Below the pieces are notes generated by a model. That model did no database searches and was not told where the DNA came from. It saw only the letters and a list, made by a program, of their open reading frames with translations. The translations under genes were made by a program, and so were the position numbers. A stretch of 20,379 nucleotides of DNA from Octopus sinensis (Eukaryota): assembly GCF_006345805.1 (NCBI RefSeq), contig NW_021825831.1:1-20379 (forward strand). The letters run 5' to 3'. Below are positions 1 through 8,510 of this stretch, one piece after another (position 1 is the stretch's first letter; each line of letters opens with the position of its first letter).

Positions 1-124
1 ATTTTCTCAACAGACAAAGGCAGGAAGAGCTGAAACTATTTCTTGTAAATATTTACCATCAATATTTCAGACATTTTTTAAAAGACTTGAATGTATGCCA
101 GCAGTTGTTTTATGTGTGTGTGTG

Positions 125-162
<38 letters not shown>

Positions 163-413
163 TGTATTAGTGAGGGAAAGAGAGAGAGAGCGAGAAAGAA
201 AAAAAAAGAAAGACAGAGAGAAAGAAGACAAAGCGGGAGAAAGAAAGAGGGAAATAGACAGATAGAGAAGAAAGAAAATCATAGTGATGGTGCCTGGTTT
301 TATTTTCAGTTTTTGGAACTAACAGAGAAATAGAATCTCTCTTGTATATATATTTTATATATATATATGGACAGAAAATATTTTCCTCAGAGAGTTAAGA
401 TCAAGAAAAGAAC

Positions 414-420
<7 letters not shown>
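1..420. repeat. Local duplication, copy A (partner at 7220-7582)
   Basis: ATTTTCTCAACAGACAAAGGCAGGAA...GACTTGAATGTATGCCAGCAGTTG, the (TG)n, the GA-rich block and ...CATAGTGATGGTGCCTGGTTTTATTTTCAG...CCTCAGAGAGTTAAGA all recur colinearly from 7220. Copy A runs off the left edge of the window. Confidence 0.95.
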
Positions 421-473
<53 letters not shown>

Positions 474-491
474 TATATATTTATATATATG

Positions 492-560
<69 letters not shown>

Positions 561-590
561 TATTATATATATACATACATATACGTATAT
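417..590. repeat. (TA)n microsatellite
   Basis: Long near-perfect TA run with a few interruptions. Confidence 0.97.
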
Positions 591-699
591 ACAAAACAGA
601 CGAACTTCATTCCACCAAATGACCATAACCAGACATTATAAATCTCATGGCTATAAGTACAAAAAGTAATGAATTAATAGAACACATCCAATTATGTCA

Positions 700-945
700 G
701 ACACACTTGGAGTACTTCCTTGGGATTTCTCGCCCCTTAGAGCTAGTGGGCGACTGCAATGTCATCTTGGATGCACGTGTGGATTGGGTGGGACTACCTG
801 ACATGAAAGTTGGGGTGCGTAAGCTTCACAAACCTGCTCATTCGTTTCCAATTGACTGACAGTTTCAGACTGGATTTTCCGAATGCCTCAAGGTGGACAT
901 GGACAAATATTGTTGGGACATCCAGATCTTATCTAGAAATTCTGT
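700..945 (+). mobile_element. L1/Tx1-clade LINE endonuclease (APE) fragment, decayed
   Basis: Two overlapping frames give LELVGDCNVILDARVD... and ...LLIRFQLTDSFRLDFPNASRWTWTNIVGTSRSYLE. These match the GDxN-x2-LD and D-x-R...TW...SR(S)YLD motifs of L1/Tx1 endonucleases. One frameshift lies near 790-810. Confidence 0.72.
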
Positions 946-1070
946 TCCCTCACCTCCTGCATAAAAACTCCTACCCCCTACAACACATCCCAAGTCCTTC
1001 CTTCCATCCTTAATCATCACCCCCTGCATGCTCCTCCTCCCCCCATCACATACATTCACTCTCAATGTAC

Positions 1071-1131
1071 TCACTGGCCCCCTGAGCTGCCCCTATATCT
1101 TTCACTGGCCCTCTGAGCTGCCCCTATATCT
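1071..1131. repeat. Direct tandem duplication, 30-nt unit with 31-nt period
   Basis: TCACTGGCCCCCTGAGCTGCCCCTATATCT (1071-1100) and TCACTGGCCCTCTGAGCTGCCCCTATATCT (1102-1131), one mismatch, within a C/T-rich tract. Confidence 0.92.
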
Positions 1132-1469
1132 CTCACAGTCACCTGCTACTCTCTCCACAACTCCATCCACCTCCCTTCACACCCTCACGAATCACCCCCA
1201 CCCCTTGATCTCCTCTGTCCACTCACCCTCTCCAATCCTTTGTACGGCCCTCATTTCATTCATATTCTCCCCCACTGTACCTTAAGAATTTGTCCCATCA
1301 CACATCTCCCCTGCCATTTATTTCTCTCTCTTTCAAACGGGTATAGCCAAGTATCTCCTACAGGAAGATCCCTATCTCTACCCTGATCCCTATTATACAT
1401 TCACCTCTCAACTGGCACAAACCCACCTCCCTCAATACTACTCCTCCCTTCCCGTTGAGACATCTTTGT

Positions 1470-1610
1470 TTTGCAAGTTATTTGGTGGTGCCATGTGAAA
1501 CGCACTCTGTGAAGTGGTCGGCATTAGGAAGGGATTCCAGCCATAGAGACCAATGCAATGTGGCCAACACAGCTTGGTGCAGTCCTCTGGCAAACTGTCC
1601 AACCCCCTAG
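1470..1610 (+). mobile_element. RTE-type 3' UTR remnant
   Basis: GGTGCCATGTGAAACGCACTCTGTGAAGTGGTCGGCATTAGGAAGGG...CTGTCCAACCC aligns with the RTE 3' UTR at 19700-19850 in this window. Confidence 0.65.
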
Positions 1611-1749
1611 CAGAACAGAAAGTCGACTTTTCATACACATACACTCACACACACACACACACACACATTCATTCATACAGACAGACAGACAGAAAGCTAG
1701 ATCACATGACCAACAAGACCAACAATTCACTTTGCATTGTTTTAGCCAT

Positions 1750-1938
1750 CGAATGACCCCCCAACCCTTGGGCTAGGCAAGGAGGCCATCCCACTCCATG
1801 CCACTGTTGTTATCCAATGGGAAAGCAACATGAAATAAAGTGTCTTGCCCAAGAACACAACACAAAGCCAGGTCTGGGAATCGAACTCACTATCCCAGGA
1901 TTGTGGAACCAATGCTCTAACAACTGAGCCATGCACCT
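1750..1938 (-). mobile_element. tRNA-derived SINE (second family; MetaSINE-like core, tentative)
   Basis: Minus strand has A box TGGCTCAGTTG (1921-1931), B box GTTCGATTCC (1877-1886), then GTGTTGTGTTCTTGGGCAAGACACTTTATTTCATGTTGCT. The same core recurs at 18143-18240. Confidence 0.75.
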
Positions 1939-1963
1939 GCACACACACATACAAACACACATA

Positions 1964-3174
1964 GAGGGGTTGGACAAAATAATGGAAACACCTTAAAATT
2001 TCAAACAAATCTATTTTAATATGGGGAAGAACCACCTTTGGCAATTATTACAGCTTAAATTCTATGAGGCAGGGACAAGTACAAAGTTTGAATTGTTTCC
2101 AAAGGAATTTTTGTTCATTGTCCAGCTAAAACAGTCTCCAGTTCTTGTAGTGATGGTAGTGGAGGATATTGACACCTTGTTTTTCTAAAATGAGCCATAA
2201 ATGTAAAATAATATTGAGATCTACGGACTGTGGTGGCCAGATAAGATGTTCAACTTGACTAGTATGTTCCTCGTGCCATTTGGAAACAACTTCAGCTGTG
2301 TTAATTGGTGCAGTATCATCCTGAAAGATTGCATTTCCCTCCAGAATCAGTTCTGCAACCATAGGATGAATTTGATCAGATAAACTGCTTAAATAATCTT
2401 GACAATTAATTCTACCATTAAGGGAAACCATTGGGCTGGCGGATTTCCAAGATATAGCCCCCTCCAGATCATCACAGATCCCCTTCCATATTTAACAATT
2501 AGAAGAAGGCAGTCTGGGTCAAATGCTTCTTTTGGCTCTCTCCACACATATACTCGGCCAGTGGTCGTAAATAAGGTGAAGGATGACTCTTCCGAAAAAA
2601 TAACATGCTTCCATTGATCTAGGGACCAATTCCGTAGGTTTTTACTTCACTCTAAATGCTTTGCAATGTTTGTTTTTGAAAGTAGTGGTTTTCTGATTGC
2701 AGCCTTCCCATTAAATCCAGCTTTGTGCAGCTCCTAGCAAACAGTTTTTGTGGAAAATGGGTTCTCGAGGTGGTCATTAAGCTCTGCAGTAATTTTAGGA
2801 GGTGTATTTTTTGTGATCCCTTCTAATAATTTGTGTAAGAGTCTGATGGTCCCTGGAAGTTTTTCCCTCTTTCTCAAAGGCTGTCATTACTATCTAGACA
2901 CTACTTCTTGATACACCAAACATTGTGGCTGTTTTTATGGTGCTAGCACCTGTCATATAAGCACCAACAATTTGACCTCTTTGAAAGTCCAATCAATCTG
3001 TCATTTTAATGAATTTTAATGACTTTTTTCTGATGATATCTGAATAGAAAGAGCAATTTTAGCAAAACATATTAAGCAACACTAATAATAAATCAAAACA
3101 TATAAAAGAAACAAGTTTTTGACAGTTTTATAGATATTTCAAAATAATGATGCTAGGCGTTTCCATTATCCAAA

Positions 3175-3176
<2 letters not shown>
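1964..3176 (-). mobile_element. Tc1-like DNA transposon, full length (~1.2 kb), decayed, DD36E spacing
   Basis: Left TIR TA|GAGGGGTTGGACAAAATAATGGAAACACCT (1964-1993). Degenerate right TIR AGGCGTTTCCATTAT--CCAAACC|ATA (3155-3176). Transposase remnants lie between them. Confidence 0.9.
2016..3004 (-). pseudogene. Tc1-family transposase pseudogene
   Basis: ATG at 3004-3002, then FQRGQIVGA.MTGAS..KTA.MFGVSR (HTH), WKHVIFSEESSF (first D changed to E), GSVMIW, FQDDTAPIN, WPPQSVDLNIILHLW (catalytic E changed to L), and AKGGSSPY* ending at 2016. Contains stops and frameshifts. Confidence 0.9.
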
Positions 3177-3223
<47 letters not shown>

Positions 3224-3250
3224 TAGATATATAAATGTGTGTGTGTATAT
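3177..3250. repeat. (TA)n/(TG)n microsatellite
   Basis: TA run starting at the right end of the Tc1 element. Confidence 0.95.
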
Positions 3251-3252
3251 AA

Positions 3253-3453
3253 GAGAGTGTGCCTATGGTGGAGGCAACAGAGGGACCAGCTATCCGAATA
3301 GACAGTACCATGGTAGATAAAGCCATGAGACATATGAAAATGAGGGAAGCCCCTGGCCCCTCAAGAATCACCACGGAAAAGCTTAAAGTATCTGGTGGTG
3401 TGGCATATGGTAGCAGGGAAAGCAGCCGTTAAATGATGAAGATGATGATGATA
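3253..3453 (+). mobile_element. RTE LINE piece: early RT region joined directly to the (GAT)n 3' tail
   Basis: Translates to ESVPMVEATEGPAIRIDSTMVDKAMRHMKMREAPGPSRITTEKLKVSGGVAYG, the RTE 'KAPGPSGITAEMLK' block. It is followed immediately by GGAAAGCAGCCGTTAAATGATGAAGATGATGATG, which matches the RTE terminus at 19853-19882. Confidence 0.78.
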
Positions 3454-3851
3454 ATGCACACACACACATAATTATACATACATATCTATGCAGAGAGGTA
3501 TATTTAGCCGACTGGAGAGGGTTTCTCACAAGCATTCCCTGTAAGGAGAATTCCCTTCCTGAAAGAATTTATACAGCAAAGGCCTTTCCATGTCTGTGTA
3601 CAGGAACCTATGAAATATAATATATCTTTAAACATAACTCCATAAATTTCAATCATCACTGTTTAATCAGCATCAAGTTAACGAATTCCTGTAAAACTTT
3701 GCATCTGTCAGAAAATGTTTTCCGTTCGGTTGAAATAAATGTCTTGACATCACTCGGGTGCCATGAACTATGCACACGGATTCAACATCCTTCGCAAAAA
3801 CACTTCTATGTCTTTCATAGCCCTGTTATACACAAATGCACACACACATAT

Positions 3852-3930
3852 CTTTTATCTCTTACTTGCTTCACTCGTTTGACTGTGGCCATGCTGGGGC
3901 ACAGCCTTGATGAATTTTTAGTCAAAGAAA
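3852..3930 (-). mobile_element. SINE 3'-end fragment (major family)
   Basis: CTTTTATCTCTTACTTGCTTCACTCGTTTGACTGTGGCCATGCTGGGGCAC is the reverse complement of the SINE tail seen at 17655-17703. Confidence 0.75.
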
Positions 3931-4104
3931 TCAACCACCACAATTTATTTTTTAAAGCCTACTCCTTATTCTTTCGGCCTCTTAAGGTTTCGTGTTTCCC
4001 TTAAATGATGATCCCTTCAAAATCCCTCATCAAATTAGAATATTTTATTTTCAATTTGCTTTAGGTTTTGTGTGTTCTTCCTATAACTTTTATTCGATCA
4101 GCTT

Positions 4105-4177
4105 ATATATATATATATATTATATATATATATATATAATTATATATATATATATTATATATATATATGTATGTATG

Positions 4178-4213
<36 letters not shown>

Positions 4214-4320
4214 TAGATAGATAGATAGACAGATAGACAGGAAGAAAGGTAGATTCATACATGTTCATACATACATACATTCATACATATATACATAGAC
4301 ACAAACATATGTATATATAT

Positions 4321-4364
<44 letters not shown>

Positions 4365-4405
4365 GTATATATATGTATGTATGTATATACACACATATAC
4401 ATACA
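4105..4405. repeat. Compound (TA)n/(GATA)n/(TACA)n microsatellite
   Basis: Direct reading of the sequence. Confidence 0.95.
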
Positions 4406-4824
4406 ACTTATTTGTGTATAATGCTTGCTGATGAATTAGAGAGGGAAGGTAATGCACTGCCCATAGCCTATTCAGTACCTCAAAACCTGTGAAATAGAGA
4501 ATTTCATGAGAAGAATAGTAATGGTGGTATATTAGGGGTACTTAATATGTTCGACCCTTGGTGAGATGCTGTGTAATGTTACTCCGAACAGTATGCCACG
4601 GCTGGAGTGTCTTGGATTTTAGACTTGAGGGATCAAGTCTGAGTTGGGACTAAACAATACTTCCCTGCCCCAGCAACAGGGACCACCATCATCATCAATA
4701 CTATAATCCCCTTAAGCATTCCTTCCCTGACCACCTCTAAGATTTATTCAAATGCTTTGTTTGGATCCTGAATGGAATCTGTGGAATGCCGAAGTGAGGA
4801 AGGTGTGACTGCTACTTTTTTATT

Positions 4825-4910
4825 GCCCCTGAAATAATGAAAAGTAAATTTGATTTGAGCAGGATTTGATCTCAAAACACAGAACTGTAACAATTCCTGC
4901 AAAATGCCAA
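4825..4910 (-). mobile_element. Old SINE remnant (possibly a third tRNA-derived family)
   Basis: CCCCTGAAATAATGAAAAGTAAATTTGATTTGAGCAGGATTTGATCTCA resembles the antisense B-box/core region of a cephalopod SINE as I recall it. Heavily diverged and not verifiable within the window. Confidence 0.35.
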
Positions 4911-5257
4911 TTGGTTACCACGGTAACCAGATAGTAAAAGTGGCTAAGCCTCCATTCAAATCACACCTTACTTTCATATCAGAGAATGGCTATTGTAGAT
5001 AATGTAATTTCAACATAACCCAAAGGATAGGGTGGTCATGGCTAGAATGTCTTTAATCAAATGTTTTCTTGATCTAATATGATCTGGGAGGTAAGCAACA
5101 ACAACTAGAATACCATGGAAACCGACGCATGAAACTGGTAGAGTATGGTGTCTACTTGATGCAGTAGTAGTATATCCGAAACAGTGAAGCTGTGGCTGGC
5201 ATCCAGTGATTTGATCAAGAGAGATGAGATGACAGCAACAATGACAACATCAACAAT

Positions 5258-5292
<35 letters not shown>

Positions 5293-6017
5293 CCAGCAGC
5301 AAGATCACAATCAGCTTTGTTAAAATATGAGTCACCAGAAATAAATGGAAAAACTTGAAGTAAACTGATATTATCAAATGATACGACGACACCTGACAAG
5401 TAAACAATCCCATGGGTTAAACAATATTGTCAAATGATACCAGCTCACTCTAGAGGCCAGTCACGCTGTCCATTGATGTTATTCAAGATAATATTGGCTT
5501 ACACACCCTGCTCTCATATTCAGTTGTGCAACAATGAATTTCTAACCTGTTTCTTTATTTTGGGTTTGTTGCAAATATTTCAAGAAATTTTATCCTCATT
5601 TGAAATGTCAGACAGAACGTTGTATAAGTAAATTTAAAGCTGGTGGTGGTGTGTGTGTGTACTTACATGTACACACACATATATATAAACATGCATATAC
5701 ATAGACATACGTGCGCACACACACGCGTATATATAATATATACATATATATACAGACTGTGTGTATATATATATACACATTTAGCAACTGACAACTATCT
5801 GCTGCTGTCTGCACCCCACCTCTCACCCTCTCCCTCTCTCTCTCTTACACACTTAGTATCTCTCTATCACTTCTTTTCTCTCTGTCACACTCATTCAATT
5901 GCAATCACTCTTTTCCTCTATCTCTCTCCGTCTTTTCGCACACCACATTGACAGGTATTCACATACACCTACGTACGTACAGATATATATATATGTATGT
6001 ATGTATATATGCATCGG

Positions 6018-6379
6018 TTATTAGACTGTGGCCATGCTGGAGCACCGCCTTTAGTAGGGCAAATCGACTCCAGGACTTATTCTTTGTAAGCCTAGTACTT
6101 ATTCTATCAGTCTCTTTTGCCGAACCGCTAAGTTATGGGCATGTAAACACACCAGCATCAGTATTCAAACGATGTTGGGGGGCACAAATACAGACACACA
6201 CACACACATATATATATACACACATGCATATATACGACAGGCTTCTTTCAGTTTCCATCTGCTCACGAGGTTTTGGTCAGCCCGAGGCTATAGTAGAAGA
6301 CACTTACCCAAGGTGCCACACAGTGGGACTGACCCCGGAAACATCCGGTTCGTAAGCAAGCTACTTACCACACAGCCAC
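6018..6379 (-). mobile_element. Full-length tRNA-derived SINE (major family, OK/OR-like)
   Basis: Minus strand reads GTGGCTGTGTGGTAAGTAGCTTGCTTAC...GGGTCAGTCCCACTGTGTGGCACCTTGGGTAAGTGTCTTCTACTATAGCCTCGGG, then a central (TA/TG)n, then ...GGCGGTGCTCCAGCATGGCCACAGTC. Colinear with 17335-17703. Confidence 0.92.
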
Positions 6380-6382
6380 ATG

Positions 6383-6419
<37 letters not shown>

Positions 6420-6809
6420 TCTTGTTTTTTTATCATCTTTTAAATGTTAGGAATATCTTACAGATTTCATCGTTCTGGATATTGTGCTAGAATTAAAGCA
6501 TTTCCTTCGTTCCCCAATACCCCCCAGTTCAGCTATATTTCACTCCTAATTGATTGGTACTTATGCTATTGCTCAAATAACAGAAGGGAGAAATTTATCC
6601 TGGGTACGGCATTTGCAAACACCATATCATTCGTTGATAGACGTTTGCATTCTCTTGTACTTTTGTAGCCATATTGGTCACCATAAGACTGTTGATTTCT
6701 ATAACAGAACAGGTCGTTTTCTTTTTGCTTGATTATAATTGTTGCATGTATGTATGTTTGGTATGTACTTACATATAAAGTCGCAAGTGTATGTATGCCA
6801 CTATATTTT

Positions 6810-7000
6810 TTATATATAAAAAATATGAAAATGGGACTAGAACCCTAACCTGCAGACAGTAGGTGATAAAAAAAGGGACAAACAAACATCCTGCCGATGA
6901 AACGAAACAAGGACAGGTCATTCGAATGTCTTTCCTCAGTTGAATTCCAGGTTTTATCTTGCAATTTCGGCGGTTATACTCCAGATTGTTCCAGACATTT
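6810..7000. repeat. Probable interspersed repeat fragment (possibly Penelope-type terminal repeat)
   Basis: Resembles a recalled octopus repeat. The minus strand has GGAGTATAACCGCCGAAATTG, similar to the ...TATAT-CAGCC-GAAA arm of the PLE motifs at 7775-7795 and 17980-18000. No CUGANGA half is visible. Confidence 0.25.
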
Positions 7001-7219
7001 GTATTTGTGATGTAAATGCTGAGATGTTTTGAAAAGAACCCATCCTCGCTGCCTGCTTTCTTTGTGGCTTTGGTTTCTTCCTTTCCTGCTTTTGCTTCTC
7101 ACATTCTCACCCTCTCTTCTTCTCTCTCACTCCCTCAATTTTTTGCACAGATCTTCGCATCCTGCTAAATTCCTCATCACCTACAGGGGCATGAATTTAG
7201 TTTCCATCGAATGCTTTCC

Positions 7220-7582
7220 ATTTTCTCAACAGACAAAGGCAGGAACAGCTGAAACTATTTCTTGTAATAGTTACCCATCAATATTTCAGACATTTTTTAA
7301 AGACTTGAATGTATGCCAGCAGTTGTTTTATTGTGTGTGTTGTGTGTGTGTGTTTTTTTAGTGGGTGCAAGAGAGAGAGAGTAGAGAAAAGAAAGAAAGG
7401 AGACAAGAAGAGAGACAGAGAGGGAGAAAGAAAGAGGAAATAGACAGATAGAGAAGAAAGAAAATCATAGTGATGGTGCCTGGTTTTATTTTCAGTTTTT
7501 GGAATAACAGAGAAATAGATCTCTCTTATATATATATATATGGAGAGAAAATATTTTCCTCAGAGAGTTAAGAACCTTTATA
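7220..7582. repeat. Local duplication, copy B (partner at 1-420)
   Basis: Position 7220 aligns to position 1. Only a few substitutions and small indels in the unique parts; microsatellite lengths differ. Confidence 0.95.
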
Positions 7583-7598
7583 TATATATATAATATTC

Positions 7599-7644
<46 letters not shown>

Positions 7645-7767
7645 GATATCAGTAAGTAATAGTGAAATGAATTTACAAATGCTGGATGGGGTCAAGTTTC
7701 CCCTGAAATTCCGACGCTATTTACAGGAATGCAGGGCAAGCTTTGTGTGTTGACTTTTTGTGTTGGT

Positions 7768-7812
7768 GTGTCATGTTTCGGCCGATATACTCTCCACACT
7801 TGATCAGGTGTC
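7768..7812 (-). ncRNA. Degenerate minimal hammerhead ribozyme remnant
   Basis: GACAC-CUGAUCA-agugug-gagaguauau-cggcc-GAAAC-AUG. Core order is correct, but G8 is changed to C and helices II and III are damaged. Probably inactive. Confidence 0.5.
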
Positions 7813-7885
7813 TTGAGGAAATTTCAAATTGGGTTCTCATTTCTGAGGTATTTTTCAATATTGTTATTATTATTGTTGTTATTCA

Positions 7886-7958
7886 TGTCACTGCCCAGGA
7901 TCGAACTCTGAACCTTGAGGTTAGTAGCCTGCACTCTTAACCACTATGCCATATGCCC
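7886..7958 (-). other. tRNA-derived Pol III head (tRNA-Arg-like) inside the Penelope 3' region; not a functional tRNA
   Basis: GGGCATATGGCATAGTGGTTAAGAGTGCAGGCTACTAACCTCAAGGTTCAGAGTTCGATCCTGGGCAGTGAC. A box TGGCATAGTGG at 7951-7941; B box GTTCGATCC at 7906-7898. The acceptor stem does not close. Confidence 0.75.
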
Positions 7959-8338
7959 GTGGGCAATTAGAGAGTGAATTTCAGGGCTTAGAAATCTAAT
8001 ATTTTCCTATCCTTCCTTAATACCGGTTCCTATATGCTACTCATATCTGCACTCGGTCTGCTTAGGAGGTTGTTGTGTCCTTGCATATGGGCTCCTTTTT
8101 TATTTCGCGTATTTTCCAGTGGTGTTCTCTGTCTATTATTTTAACTTCGTCCCACAGGGGCAGATGGTCTCCTGCCATATATGTGGTGTGGTGGTTGTCC
8201 TTGTCTTGAACTCTGACCATTCTTGCCACAGGACAATTTCTGGTCAAATACAAAGACAGAAAGGTAAACAAAGAGAGAGAGGGGGGGATTGAAAGGTGTC
8301 AATTCTTTGACAATTTGGCCATTTGGCTCTGGTCACAC

Positions 8339-8367
8339 CATCATCATCATCATCATCATCATCATCG

Positions 8368-8401
<34 letters not shown>
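8339..8401. repeat. (CAT)n microsatellite
   Basis: About 21 CAT units with one CGT variant. Confidence 0.97.
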
Positions 8402-8510
8402 TAAAGCGTGAAAGTGGACAAAACACCAACGCTTATAAATGAAATGGTGTCTCAATTATGTTTTGTGGGACAAACAGACAGAATGTCTCTTTTATATATT
8501 AAGATATATA

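Larger units (their letters stand above)
7745..8190 (-). mobile_element. Penelope-like element 3' fragment (GIY-YIG C-terminus plus terminal repeat)
   Basis: Minus strand gives HIW..GDHLPLWDEVKIIDREHHWKIR, then after a frameshift GAHMQGHNNLLSRPSADMSSI*EPVLRKDRKILDF* (TAA at 7990-7988). This fits the PLE endonuclease tail pattern H..W..VKIIDRE..W..R..KEA.H...LLNR. Non-coding terminal sequence with a hammerhead-like core follows. Confidence 0.78.

Noticed and set aside
367-669. Y/I-rich ORFs here and at 3992-4216 and 13461-14081
   Set aside because: They are translations of (TA)n microsatellites, not genes.
3490-3610. Minus-strand 'GKAF' and 'EKP' suggesting a C2H2 zinc finger
   Set aside because: Spacing between F and EKP is 50 nt rather than 45, the histidines are absent, and there is a stop in frame.
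4420-5090. Stretches that look like old interspersed repeats
   Set aside because: No termini, coding motif or second copy in the window supports a specific call, apart from the weak SINE remnant at 4825-4910.
5300-5640. Cys/His-containing short ORF (5434-5631) as a possible RING fragment
   Set aside because: Cys/His spacing does not fit RING or B-box patterns, and neighbouring frames have many stops.
6444-6732. Overlapping short ORFs with a possible acceptor at ~6458
   Set aside because: No recognisable domain in any frame and no convincing donor.
7886-7958. Functional tRNA gene
   Set aside because: A and B boxes are present, but the acceptor stem does not pair and there is no oligo-T terminator; treated as a tRNA-derived head.
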